Assembly (NCBI GenBank): GCA_900317825.1
Contig: ONIH01000003.1
Span: 23,048 to 87,047 of the forward strand
Source: an uncultured Lachnospiraceae bacterium
GTDB taxonomy: Bacteria > Bacillota > Clostridia > Lachnospirales > Lachnospiraceae
Length of the DNA: 64,000 nucleotides
Direction: 5' to 3'
Shown: positions 1 to 9,256 of the stretch, piece by piece
Numbering within the stretch: position 1 is the first letter of the stretch
How the letters are laid out: each line of letters opens with the position of its first letter
Position numbers and translations under genes: made by a program
The notes under the pieces: model-generated
The model's database searches: none
Told to the model about the DNA's origin: nothing
What the model saw: only the letters and a program-made list of their open reading frames with translations

Positions 1-2066
1 CGTGTAGAGCGTACAGCCTGCATCAGATTCTCCATAGTCACTTCCGCTCCTTCTGACAGTAGTGCCCCAATTGGCGCTCCGTCCGTCACATCTATCTGAT
101 GCATCAGTCTGTAAAGTCCGATGAACGACTGCTCCTCGTCGTCAGTTATCTTTCCGCTCTGCTGCGCCTTCCATAGGAAATCCGCATAGTCGGATGCGTC
201 CTTGTCAGCCTGGGAACCGCTTGAAGCCATGACCTTCTTTATTTCCTCGGTCTTTTCATACAGCTCGTTCATTGTGAGCTTAAGCGGATTTTCTCCCTTT
301 TTTATCAGTTTCATCACAACACCTGGCTTCAGGTTATCGAAGACCTTCTGCACTTTCTGGTCGGCAGCCTTTACTTCGCTCACATTTTCTTCCGTTATCT
401 CACGGTTGTTATATGCAAGGATCCTGACTGCCCGGCGGTTTTCGTCATTTTTTTCAAGACCGGTCTCATCGAGGATATCGTCGATATTCGAAAAGGCCTT
501 CTTTATCGAGTCGCCGAGATCCGACCTCACCTCTGTGCCGAGCGTCTCATACGCCTCGCCAGCTTTTTTGAGCAGATCTGTCGTGGCTTTTCCCTTTGCC
601 ACTTCGCCCAGATCACTTGAAAAAATGCCGTCAAATGCCTTGTAGGACGAGATCAGGGCTGCCGGAGCCTCTTTTGCGCTCTGAAGCATTTCAGTCGTGT
701 CATCGAAGAGATTCGCCGATGTGATATCATCTGGAAAAAGTGCTTCGCCGAGTGTCTTCTCCTGTGCTTTAAGCTCATCTACCAGATCAGACAGTTCTGT
801 CGTATCTATAGACACTCCGCGCTTTATCAGCCTGTAGTTAGCTTCTGTGGTCATCGCAAGCCTTGTCTCTTCCAGCTGTCTCTGTGCTGTCACCAGTTTC
901 AGTTGGTCTGTCTTTGAGAGTACAGGCACTGGCTTATCATCAGCCATGGCATTTTTCAGATTTTCGATCGTAAGCGGCTGGTCTGCCGATACGACTTTTG
1001 CCAGGTCATCACCTGTCACGCTTTGTATTACATCCTGTGCATCACGGGCTTTATCCATATCTGAAAGGCCTCTGACTGCATAGGCGTCAAGTGGACTCTG
1101 TCCTTCACTTACCGCATCTGTTATGACCTGTGGAAGATCAGCCTGCGTGACAGTCTCTGCTCCGTTCAGCCCGTTAAAAAGCTGTATATTCTCTTCTGTA
1201 AGCGGAACTGCATTTTTTAAAAGGAAAACCGCGTTCTGAACCTGAGTGTCATCTGCTTTGAAGCCCGCTGACTGGATTTTTTCCTGGATCTGCGGAAGCA
1301 TCTGCTGTATATCAGATTCTGTAATGTCTGTCTGCTGTGATATGTCTCCATTTCCGGCAAACTCTGCTTTGACCACGTTATCTACCGTAGGCGCCTGACC
1401 ATTTCGCAGCAGATAGACACTGGTATCCGCGCTTATAGTTTCTGGAAGTTCTGCTGATTTATCTACAGTCTCTTTTACCTGCTGCATCGTATCCTGGTCT
1501 GTCGGCATATCCGCATTCTGGAGTGCCTGTTGGATCTGCGGAACTGCTGAATCACCTGATGACTGCTTTAAGGCGTTGGCTATCCCATTTGCTTCTGCCT
1601 CAGACCCCGAAACGGCCTGGACTGCTGCCTGTGAGACTTTTCCGGTGATCGACATATCCTTGCCGGCCTTCGCCATCTGAATACGTATCTTATCCGCTAT
1701 CGTGACAAAAGTCTTTGAGTCAGTATCTGCCGGATCAAAGCCATTCTCAAGCATTTCTTTATAATCCTGCTTTGACATGGTATGTGCAGCCAGGATCATT
1801 TCATTCTGTGTATTCTTAAGGCCTGCGCCGGACTGGACCTGTTTCTCATAGGCTTCAGCTGCTGTTTTTATCTCTTTTTTATTATAGACGGGGGACTGCT
1901 GGATCCTGTCTCCCTTTTCGACTTTTATCCCCTGGGAAACTGCTTCTGTATCAACTCCCATAAGCTGTGCAGACGGCTGATTTTTCCTGTACTCAGCTAT
2001 CATGTCAGTGGCTTTATTCGTCTTTTTTTCAGCTGTATTTTTTAATAAAAGGTCTTCTACCTGCAT
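1..2066 (-). CDS. Large conserved Lachnospiraceae hypothetical protein (DUF6240-like, probably flagellar-associated); 3' end runs off the window
   Basis: Not in the ORF track because there is no stop in the window. GGAGG RBS then ATG at 2066; manual translation of the 5' part gives MQVEDLLLKNTAEKK...MILAAHTMSKQDYKEMLENGFDPADTDSKTFVTIADKIRIQMAKAG. Family call is from memory. Confidence 0.65.
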   Translation of the reverse strand, partial: MQVEDLLLKNTAEKKTNKATDMIAEYRKNQPSAQLMGVDTEAVSQGIKVEKGDRIQQSPVYNKKEIKTAAEAYEKQVQSGAGLKNTQNEMILAAHTMSKQDYKEMLENGFDPADTDSKTFVTIADKIRIQMAKAGKDMSITGKVSQAAVQAVSGSEAEANGIANALKQSSGDSAVPQIQQALQNADMPTDQDTMQQVKETVDKSAELPETISADTSVYLLRNGQAPTVDNVVKAEFAGNGDISQQTDITESDIQQMLPQIQEKIQSAGFKADDTQVQNAVFLLKNAVPLTEENIQLFNGLNGAETVTQADLPQVITDAVSEGQSPLDAYAVRGLSDMDKARDAQDVIQSVTGDDLAKVVSADQPLTIENLKNAMADDKPVPVLSKTDQLKLVTAQRQLEETRLAMTTEANYRLIKRGVSIDTTELSDLVDELKAQEKTLGEALFPDDITSANLFDDTTEMLQSAKEAPAALISSYKAFDGIFSSDLGEVAKGKATTDLLKKAGEAYETLGTEVRSDLGDSIKKAFSNIDDILDETGLEKNDENRRAVRILAYNNREITEENVSEVKAADQKVQKVFDNLKPGVVMKLIKKGENPLKLTMNELYEKTEEIKKVMASSGSQADKDASDYADFLWKAQQSGKITDDEEQSFIGLYRLMHQIDVTDGAPIGALLSEGAEVTMENLMQAVRST

Positions 2067-2095
2067 ATATCCTCCGGAAATGCTCTCCACTATTT

Positions 2096-2122
2096 ATTTC
2101 GGAAAATACACGGTTTTCTTTA
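2096..2122 (-). promoter_or_regulatory. Putative sigma28 (FliA/SigD) promoter
   Basis: TAAA-N15-TCCGAAAT on the minus strand versus consensus TAAA-N15-GCCGATAT, between the recR terminator and the ORF starting at 2066. Confidence 0.55.
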
Positions 2123-2125
2123 GAC

Positions 2126-2154
2126 AAAAAAAAGAAGCGGCTCTTCGCCACTCC
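2126..2154 (-). terminator. Intrinsic terminator after recR
   Basis: GGAGTGGC-GAAGA-GCCGCTTC hairpin followed by T8 on the minus strand. Confidence 0.75.
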
Positions 2155-2754
2155 TTATATCTCTTTCCGGCCCTCCAGCGCGCGTAGGAGAGTCACTTCG
2201 TCGATGTACTCGAGGTCGCCGCCAACTGGGACACCGCTTGCGATACGGGTCACTTTGATGCCAGTGGGCTTTATCAGACGACTGATATACATGGCTGTCG
2301 TCTCGCCTTCGAGCGAAGAATTGGTCGCTATGATGACTTCCTTCACTTCGTCTCCGGAGAGACGGGTCATCAGCTCTTTAAGCCTGATGTCCTCCGGTCC
2401 TATGCCCTGCATCGGGGAAATGGCTCCGTGGAGCACATGGTAAACACCCTGGTACTCGCCGGTTTTCTCATAGGCTGCCAGATCCCTCGTGTCCTCTACG
2501 ACCATGATGGTGCTGTGATCCCGCTTCGGGTTCGCGCAGATAGGACAGATCTCCTGGTCAGTCAGGGTGCAGCAGACCTTGCAGTAACGGACATTTCTTC
2601 TCGCAGACTTTATCGTATCCGAGAGCTTGTCTACCTGATCCACAGGCATAGAAAGTATATGAAACGCCAGTCTCTGCGCGGTTTTCTCGCCTATTCCCGG
2701 AAGAGAAGACAGACCTGCTATCAGGTCTGATATCTGCTTTGAATAGTAATCCAT
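2155..2754 (-). CDS. recR: Recombination mediator RecR
   Basis: [16 protein letters not shown]4 zinc finger CKVCCTL...CPIC, Toprim [27 protein letters not shown]. Confidence 0.97.
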   Translation of the reverse strand: MDYYSKQISDLIAGLSSLPGIGEKTAQRLAFHILSMPVDQVDKLSDTIKSARRNVRYCKVCCTLTDQEICPICANPKRDHSTIMVVEDTRDLAAYEKTGEYQGVYHVLHGAISPMQGIGPEDIRLKELMTRLSGDEVKEVIIATNSSLEGETTAMYISRLIKPTGIKVTRIASGVPVGGDLEYIDEVTLLRALEGRKEI

Positions 2755-3098
2755 CAGAACGGAAGGCCTCCGCCAAGTCCTCCTGTAAGGCTTCCCATAG
2801 TCTTCTGGGTCTCCTCGTCGACTTTTTTCATAGCTTCATTTGCAGCAGCTACGATCATGTCCTCGAGCATTTCTACATCATCAGGATCTACAGCGTCCGG
2901 ATCGATATGCACCTTCGTGATCTCTCTCGAGCCTGAAACGGTGATCTCGACAGCTCCGCCGCCTGCAGTCGCTGAGAACTCCTTCTCTGCAAGCTCCTTC
3001 TGGCTTTCCTCCATCTGGCGCTGCATTCTCTGCGCCTGCTTCATCAGGTTGTTCATATTTCCAGGCATACCACCTGGGAATCCACCACGTCTTGACAT
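2754..3098 (-). CDS. ybaB: YbaB/EbfC nucleoid-associated protein
   Basis: [12 protein letters not shown]...[12 protein letters not shown]...[10 protein letters not shown]; lies between dnaX and recR. Confidence 0.95.
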   Translation of the reverse strand: MSRRGGFPGGMPGNMNNLMKQAQRMQRQMEESQKELAEKEFSATAGGGAVEITVSGSREITKVHIDPDAVDPDDVEMLEDMIVAAANEAMKKVDEETQKTMGSLTGGLGGGLPF

Positions 3099-3108
3099 TT
3101 TAAAACTC

Positions 3109-4665
3109 CTATTCTACATCTATTGGCATATCTGTTCCGATCAACTGCTGCATGTCCTTCTCAGGATCATCCATCTTTTGGAACGTCTGATTTTTCTCGT
3201 TAAACTTAAACTCCAAAGGCACCTGTTTTCCAATGATCTGATTGACCTTTCCTGAAAAATCATCCAGCTCCTTGTTACAGATGTTCAGATCTCTTTTACT
3301 GTCAAAATATACGACCAGCTTATCATTCTCTACGAACGGCTGATGCCTCTGATCACCCCAGCCAGCCTTGAAGCCGCCTGTCATCGACTTTGCGACATCA
3401 TCGAGAACTGCCTTTGCCTCTTTCACATCCTCCGGAACCGCTAACGGAAGCGGCGTGATCTCCACAGGCTCCGCCTGCTGCACCGGTGCTCCTTTTACCT
3501 GGATGTCTCCGGAATCTATTTTTCGCTCGAGCTCGTCTATCCTGTTCACCAGAGCGTCATTATCCGAATCCATCTCCGGATGACAGAGTCTGATCAGTGA
3601 GACTTCGAGAAGCACCCGCTTGTCCTGTGCGTAGCGCATCTGATTTTCCAGGTCACTCAGGATACGGATATATCGTATCAGAGTTTCCGGCGAGACCTTT
3701 GCACTGTCTTCGATCAGCTTCTTTTTATTCTCGGAAGTCATGTCGAAGGTGTCGGCCATTTCCGGAGCGTTTTTGTACAGGAGCATATCACGCAGATACC
3801 AGATCAGATCCGAGACGAACGAATTCAGATCCCGTCCCTCTGTCATAACAGCGTCTACAACTCCGCACACACCCTTTATATCCTGCTCCACGACTGAATT
3901 ATAGATCCGTGAGAGCACTTCTGTATCCACAGCTCCGAGCACGCTCAGGACCTTGTCATAGGTCAGTTCTTCTCCGAGGTAAAAATTGATGCACTGATCC
4001 AGCAGGCTTAGCGCGTCACGCATAGAACCGTCTCCAGCTCTCGCGACATAATTCAGGGCGTCATCTGATGCGCTGACACCTTCTTTTTCCGTAAGTTCTT
4101 TTAGCCTGGCAGCTATGGTCTCTACCGATATCCTGTGGAAATCGTACCTCTGACACCTGGAAAGTATCGTGACAGGGATTTTCTGAAGCTCCGTAGTCGC
4201 CAGTATGAAAATGACATATGATGGCGGTTCCTCAAGTGTCTTCAGAAAGGCATTGAAAGCCCCGGCACTAAGCATATGCACCTCGTCGATGATATAGACC
4301 TTGTACTTGCCTGCTGCCGGCGGATATTCGACATCTTCTATGATGCTGCGGATATTCTCAACGCCGTTGTTTGACGCGGCATCGATCTCCATCACATTCA
4401 TCGAAGTGCCTTCGGCTATGGCTCTGCAGGTATCACACTCGCCGCATGGACTTCCGTCCGGAAGCGGATGCTCGCAGTTGACCGCCCTCGCAAAGATCTT
4501 CGCTACTGTGGTCTTTCCGGTTCCACGTGTCCCTGTAAAAAGATACGCATGTCCTATCCTTCCGGCCGAAATCTCGTTTTTAAGCGTCGTCACTATGTGA
4601 TCCTGGCCCTTTACCTCTGAAAAATTCTGAGGTCTGAACTTTCTGTACAGGGCCATGTAAGCCAT
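3109..4665 (-). CDS. dnaX: DNA polymerase III subunit gamma/tau
   Basis: LYRKFRPQNF, Walker A GTRGTGKTT, EIDAASNNGVE, IIDEVHML, SRC motif; start moved to the ATG at 4665 after a GGAGG RBS. Confidence 0.97.
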   Translation of the reverse strand: MAYMALYRKFRPQNFSEVKGQDHIVTTLKNEISAGRIGHAYLFTGTRGTGKTTVAKIFARAVNCEHPLPDGSPCGECDTCRAIAEGTSMNVMEIDAASNNGVENIRSIIEDVEYPPAAGKYKVYIIDEVHMLSAGAFNAFLKTLEEPPSYVIFILATTELQKIPVTILSRCQRYDFHRISVETIAARLKELTEKEGVSASDDALNYVARAGDGSMRDALSLLDQCINFYLGEELTYDKVLSVLGAVDTEVLSRIYNSVVEQDIKGVCGVVDAVMTEGRDLNSFVSDLIWYLRDMLLYKNAPEMADTFDMTSENKKKLIEDSAKVSPETLIRYIRILSDLENQMRYAQDKRVLLEVSLIRLCHPEMDSDNDALVNRIDELERKIDSGDIQVKGAPVQQAEPVEITPLPLAVPEDVKEAKAVLDDVAKSMTGGFKAGWGDQRHQPFVENDKLVVYFDSKRDLNICNKELDDFSGKVNQIIGKQVPLEFKFNEKNQTFQKMDDPEKDMQQLIGTDMPIDVE

Positions 4666-4741
4666 AATTTCCTCCTTCAAATGAAGTTCTTTTCGTTAAG
4701 TTCGAACTTCACTCCATTCGTTCTCATCTCTGTGCTTTCGG

Positions 4742-5821
4742 TCATTCACCAAAACTAATACCAATTCTCTTCGCTTCTTTTATCATCTTGCAGTCAGGAT
4801 CGACCATTTTGAGCTTTCCTGCTACATCTGCCAACGGCACCAGCTTTGTCTCTCCGTTTATCATCGCAACCATATTGCCATATTTGCCGTCTACGATTGC
4901 CTTTGCAGCTGCGGAACCAAGCCTTGTGCAAAGGATCCTGTCGTAAGGGCATGGGCTTCCACCTCTCTGGGTATGTCCAGGAACAGTGACTCTCGCCTCT
5001 GAGCCGGTCTTCTCTGTGATCATATCAGCTATCTTATATGATACTGAAGGCCACTTCTTTGCTTCCTTGGCCAGCTTCTCTTTTCTCTCCTTCTTCGGAA
5101 GAGCGGCATCAGCCTTTGAAATGGCACCCTCGGCAACAGCCAGGATCGTAAATCCCTTGCCCTGCTGATGTCTCTTCTGGATGGCTTCGATGATCTTATC
5201 ATCTTCATACGGAATCTCCGGCAGAAGGATGATGTCTGCTCCTGAAGCTACACCAGCATAAAGTGTCAGCCAGCCTACCTTATGTCCCATGACTTCGACT
5301 ATGAATACTCGGTTGTGAGAAGCTGCCGTCGTATGTATACAGTCGATAGCCGTCGTAGCTACATTTACAGCTGAATAGAAACCGAAGGTGATATCTGTGC
5401 CATAAATATCGTTATCGATAGTCTTTGGCAGATGGATGACATTCAGACCCTCTTCGCGTAGAAGGTTAGCGGTCTTCTGAGTACCGTTTCCGCCGAGGAT
5501 AACTATGCAGTCGAGTCCGAGCTTTTTGTAGTTCGACTTCATGGCTTCGACCTTGTCCAGACCGTTCTCGTCAGGAACTCTCATCAGCTTGAACGGCTGT
5601 CTCGATGAACCGAGGATCGTTCCACCCCTGGTAAGGATGCCAGAAAAATCAGCTCCGGTCAGTTTTCTGTAGTCTCCGTAGATAAGACCCTTGTAACCAT
5701 TTAAAAAACCGTAGATCTCAAGGTCATCTCCGCAGATCTCTTCAAGTCCCTTAACGACTCCGCGCATTGCCGCATTCAGAGCCTGGCAGTCTCCACCGCT
5801 TGTAAGCAATCCGATCTTCAT
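4742..5821 (-). CDS. pfkA: 6-phosphofructokinase (PfkA family)
   Basis: KIGLLTSGGDCQALN, GGTILGSSR, GGNGT, PKTIDND, EVMGH, GHTQRGG. Confidence 0.93.
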   Translation of the reverse strand: MKIGLLTSGGDCQALNAAMRGVVKGLEEICGDDLEIYGFLNGYKGLIYGDYRKLTGADFSGILTRGGTILGSSRQPFKLMRVPDENGLDKVEAMKSNYKKLGLDCIVILGGNGTQKTANLLREEGLNVIHLPKTIDNDIYGTDITFGFYSAVNVATTAIDCIHTTAASHNRVFIVEVMGHKVGWLTLYAGVASGADIILLPEIPYEDDKIIEAIQKRHQQGKGFTILAVAEGAISKADAALPKKERKEKLAKEAKKWPSVSYKIADMITEKTGSEARVTVPGHTQRGGSPCPYDRILCTRLGSAAAKAIVDGKYGNMVAMINGETKLVPLADVAGKLKMVDPDCKMIKEAKRIGISFGE

Positions 5822-5832
5822 TTCTTCGCCTT

Positions 5833-7020
5833 TCACTTTTTATTTTTGCTGTCCATGAAGGAGACGAATACGTGCTCCCCTCTAAGGACGTCTACAGTTT
5901 CCCATTCCCATTTGTTCTTCAGAGAGACTTTCTTTCTCTCGATCAGAAGCTCCGCTTTTCCGTCGCCTCCAACGAGCATTTTTCTTCTGTCTCCCGAAGT
6001 TGTTTCGACATTTACCTCTCGCATCTGTGATCTGTCACAGATGACTTTCAGTCTGACTCTCGACAGCGGAGTCTCTTCGCTTATCGCGAACATGCACTTC
6101 CTGCCGTTCCGCTTCTCACCTGTCTGACTCCTGGTCAGCATCCACATCTTTGAAAAATTAAACTCGTAGGTCTCGCCATCGAGGTAAATACCGCCTGCAA
6201 GAGCGTTCTGCGTATCTATCGGTCCGACTTTTATCTGCGTACCTTCTCCGAAGGCAAATCCGCTGTTTTTAAGTCGGCCGTTCTTTTTGCTGATCAGGTC
6301 AGAACAGCTGATATATTCCCAGCGCTCGCCGGCATTTTTGCCCCAGACCTTATCAGCATATCCATACGAAGTCTCCGGCTTTACTGTGTATTTCTCGCCG
6401 TTCCACTCTATCATGCCGTCGTACTCGGTCACCAGACCCTCTGTATGCCAGTAGGCATCCATTATCTCAGCATCTCTGAGCGGGCCTGACGTGCTGTATC
6501 CGAGGTTTAAGGCTATCCGCTTATTTATCTTCAAGTCCCAGATCAGCTTTCCAGCTTCCGGATGGTCTATCGGATCTTTCTCGACATCCTCTGCCGTCAC
6601 TTCGATCCGTCCCATCGTTCTGGTCTCAGAAAGGAAGCAGTCTTCGGCACTCACCAGGACATTCATCTCTGTCCCGGTGCTCACCGAATCCCACGGAAAA
6701 TATCTGGTCAGGACAGATCCTTCTTCTCCGCAGACAGCCGCCATTACTGCAAACCACGAAGGCTTCGTTCCGTCTTTGGAGAATACCGGTTCTTCTTCAC
6801 AAAGCTGCGGGTTCTCACCGCCGAAGTCTATGATAAAACTTCTCTCTTTGCCTGTAGTCTCGCTGACTCCGTGAACACAGTGCCGCCAGATGTCGAATCC
6901 CTGCTTGGCGAGTGCCCCGCGAAGCATAAAGGAGTCACGGTCTGTATCATGCTTGTTAAAAGTCAGACCCACGGCATCCAGAGGTTTAGCCAGCATTTTC
7001 TGAAGGTCTGTGATCGCCAT
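5833..7020 (-). CDS. Hypothetical protein, divergent tocopherol-cyclase-like family member
   Basis: 395 aa ORF with RBS; WDLKINKRIALNLGY, YWHTEG and YGYADKVWG resemble the clostridial tocopherol cyclase-like family (from memory). Confidence 0.5.
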   Translation of the reverse strand: MAITDLQKMLAKPLDAVGLTFNKHDTDRDSFMLRGALAKQGFDIWRHCVHGVSETTGKERSFIIDFGGENPQLCEEEPVFSKDGTKPSWFAVMAAVCGEEGSVLTRYFPWDSVSTGTEMNVLVSAEDCFLSETRTMGRIEVTAEDVEKDPIDHPEAGKLIWDLKINKRIALNLGYSTSGPLRDAEIMDAYWHTEGLVTEYDGMIEWNGEKYTVKPETSYGYADKVWGKNAGERWEYISCSDLISKKNGRLKNSGFAFGEGTQIKVGPIDTQNALAGGIYLDGETYEFNFSKMWMLTRSQTGEKRNGRKCMFAISEETPLSRVRLKVICDRSQMREVNVETTSGDRRKMLVGGDGKAELLIERKKVSLKNKWEWETVDVLRGEHVFVSFMDSKNKK

Positions 7021-7045
7021 TTTATCTCCTTTCTGAAAAAAGCTC

Positions 7046-7074
7046 TTGTCAAATCAGTTTTTTTATAGTAAAAT
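7046..7074 (+). promoter_or_regulatory. SigA promoter of tRNA-Ser(CGA)
   Basis: TTGTCA-N17-TAAAAT ending 11 bp before the tRNA. Confidence 0.75.
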
Positions 7075-7085
7075 AGTACCTCGTT

Positions 7086-7175
7086 GGAGACGTATCGAAG
7101 TGGTCATAACGAGGCGCACTCGAAATGCGTTTGTCGCCTAATCGCGGCACAAGGGTTCGAATCCCTTCGTCTCCG
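7086..7175 (+). tRNA. tRNA-Ser (anticodon CGA)
   Basis: GGAGACG acceptor stem, anticodon loop CT-CGA-AA, long variable arm, GGTTCGAATCCC T-arm; CCA not encoded. Confidence 0.95.
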
Positions 7176-7181
7176 CTATTC

Positions 7182-7209
7182 AGGTTCCCGGAAGGGAGCC
7201 TTTTTTATT
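7182..7209. terminator. Terminator between convergent tRNA-Ser and greA
   Basis: GGTTCCC-GGAA-GGGAGCC followed by TTTTTT. Confidence 0.75.
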
Positions 7210-7210
7210 G

Positions 7211-7714
7211 CTAGAAACTCTTTATCTCGTCATCATCGTCAGTCGTAGACTCGTCGATGTCCTTTATCACTACATCATACGAATAGTCGTCGTTTACCTT
7301 TACAGTGACAGTGTCACCGACTTTTTTCCCAAGGATAGCCCTTCCGAGCGGAGACTCTATCGATATCTTATTCTCGAGGGAATTGCCGCGGATGCTTGTC
7401 GTTATCTTATACTTCTCGGTCTCATCGTCCTCCGGAATGTAGAGTGTGACTGTGTTATTCATGCCTACCGTTCCGTCCTCTGACTTATCTGAGATGACTG
7501 TCGCATTCTCGAGCATCCTCTCCAGATAGCGGATCCTGCTCTCATTACGGTTCTTTGCCCGCTTGGCCTCATGGTACTCAAAATTCTCGGAGAGATCGCC
7601 GTGGGCTCTGGTCTCCTGAACCTCAGCTATCAGCTTCGGTCTCTGGTTGAATTTCCTGTCGTCGATCTCTGCCTGTATTTTTTTTACGTCTGACTCTGTA
7701 AGTCTTTCTCCCAT
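7211..7714 (-). CDS. greA: Transcription elongation factor GreA
   Basis: RAHGDLSENFEYHEAK, ISIESPLGRAILGKKVGD. Confidence 0.96.
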   Translation of the reverse strand: MGERLTESDVKKIQAEIDDRKFNQRPKLIAEVQETRAHGDLSENFEYHEAKRAKNRNESRIRYLERMLENATVISDKSEDGTVGMNNTVTLYIPEDDETEKYKITTSIRGNSLENKISIESPLGRAILGKKVGDTVTVKVNDDYSYDVVIKDIDESTTDDDDEIKSF

Positions 7715-7717
7715 TTC

Positions 7718-8167
7718 TTACCTGCTGTACTTTTTCTCTATCGCTGTGATCATGTCTACTCTCTCCTGGTGACGTCCTCCCATCGGCTCGGCGTTCAGAT
7801 AACTGTCTACTATATCCTTTGCGAGCTCCGGCCCTACGATACGGGCCCCTATGCCGATGATATTCGCGTGGTTGTGCTCTCTTATCAGGTGAGCTGTAGT
7901 AGTGTCAGAGCAGACTCCTGCTCTGATACCCGGAACCTTGTTCGCTGCAAGAGTGATGCCTACTCCGGTCCCGCAGATCAGGACTGCCAGGTCACCTTCT
8001 CCTGCGACAAGAGCTTCGGCCACTTTTTCACCGACTTTAGGATAGTCCACCCTGTCTGTAGTGTCTGTTCCAAAGTTCTTCACCTCATAGCCTTCGTCCT
8101 CGAGATGCTTCATGATCTCGAACTTCAGCTCTGTTCCTGCATGATCATTTCCGATTAAGATCTTCAT
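7718..8167 (-). CDS. rpiB: Ribose-5-phosphate isomerase B
   Basis: GNDHAG, DYP, LICGTGVG, ANKVPGIRA, REHNHAN, GGRHQERV. Confidence 0.95.
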   Translation of the reverse strand: MKILIGNDHAGTELKFEIMKHLEDEGYEVKNFGTDTTDRVDYPKVGEKVAEALVAGEGDLAVLICGTGVGITLAANKVPGIRAGVCSDTTTAHLIREHNHANIIGIGARIVGPELAKDIVDSYLNAEPMGGRHQERVDMITAIEKKYSR

Positions 8168-8176
8168 TTATGCTCC

Positions 8177-9244
8177 TTAGATTATCTCATAAACTGTCTT
8201 CGAATGATACTGCTCCCCGGCTTCTATGATCGGCTGCGCGTACTTCGGCACATTTATCGCATTTGGGAAAAACTGTGTCTCAAAAGCCACGCCTCCGCGC
8301 CTCACATACAGTTTACCACTTTTACCATACTCTTTTCCACTGATATAGTTTCCGCTGTAGAACTGGATTCCCGGAAGGTCTGTGATCACATTTATCTGGA
8401 GTGACTTGTCCGGAAGCCTGAACTGAGCAGCCTCATACTCTTTCTTCCCGTCATGGTCAAAAGCGCTTCTGTGCCACTTCTCGTCTTTTGTCAGCTCGTA
8501 GTTATGATCATAGCCGCCAGCCCAGGTCAGCTGGTCATAGTCTGCATTTATCCTCTCGCTTATAGCGTGGAAATCCCTGAAATCCATCGGAGTTCCTTCA
8601 ACAGCCGCATAGGTCCCGTCAGGGATAGACTCCTTGTCTGTCTGTGAAAAGCTGTCAGCGTGGATACATACTTCAGTGTCGAGGATATCCCCGTTTCCTT
8701 CTCCATGGAGATTGAAGTAAGTGTGGTTTGTCGGATTGAAGATAGTCTTCTTATCCGAAACACCCTTATAATCAAGGATCAGATGGCTGTCACTGTCTAC
8801 AGTGTAAGTCACTTCGATGTCCATATTCCCTGGGAAACCAAGGTCTCCATCCGGGCTGTGATAAGCAAAAGTGATATGGTCAGCAGCCTCTTCCTTTGTA
8901 TCCCAGATACGTCTCTGGATAGAAGTAAAAGCGCTGTGCAGGTTATTATGGCCGTTGTCATTTTTCTCGATGTCGTAATTTACGCCATCGATCGTAAAAG
9001 TAGCTCCGCCAATCCTGTTTGCGTTACGGCCGATAGTGCAGCCATAGTTCGGATCATTGTCAAAATACTGCTCGACATCCTTGTATCCAAGCACGATGTC
9101 ACGGTCTTCGCCGCCCTTTATCTGTACGTGGAGCTCCATCAGGTTTGCCCCGAAATTCATGACTTTCGCACGGAGTCTCCCTCCTGAGATCTCGTATGCG
9201 ATGATGTCCTGTCCATCCTTTGTCTTACCGATTACCTTTCCCAT
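8177..9244 (-). CDS. galM: Aldose 1-epimerase (galactose mutarotase)
   Basis: IGRNANRIG, NNLHS, GFPGN, NPTNHTYFNL, GYDHN, GIQFYSGN, FETQ. Confidence 0.93.
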   Translation of the reverse strand: MGKVIGKTKDGQDIIAYEISGGRLRAKVMNFGANLMELHVQIKGGEDRDIVLGYKDVEQYFDNDPNYGCTIGRNANRIGGATFTIDGVNYDIEKNDNGHNNLHSAFTSIQRRIWDTKEEAADHITFAYHSPDGDLGFPGNMDIEVTYTVDSDSHLILDYKGVSDKKTIFNPTNHTYFNLHGEGNGDILDTEVCIHADSFSQTDKESIPDGTYAAVEGTPMDFRDFHAISERINADYDQLTWAGGYDHNYELTKDEKWHRSAFDHDGKKEYEAAQFRLPDKSLQINVITDLPGIQFYSGNYISGKEYGKSGKLYVRRGGVAFETQFFPNAINVPKYAQPIIEAGEQYHSKTVYEII

Positions 9245-9256
9245 TTTATTAACCTC

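Noticed and set aside
4684-4711. GAAGTTC-N14-GAACTTC inverted repeat upstream of dnaX as a possible SOS box
   Set aside because: It does not fit the Firmicute LexA spacing GAAC-N4-GTTC, and it is short and lacks a U tract
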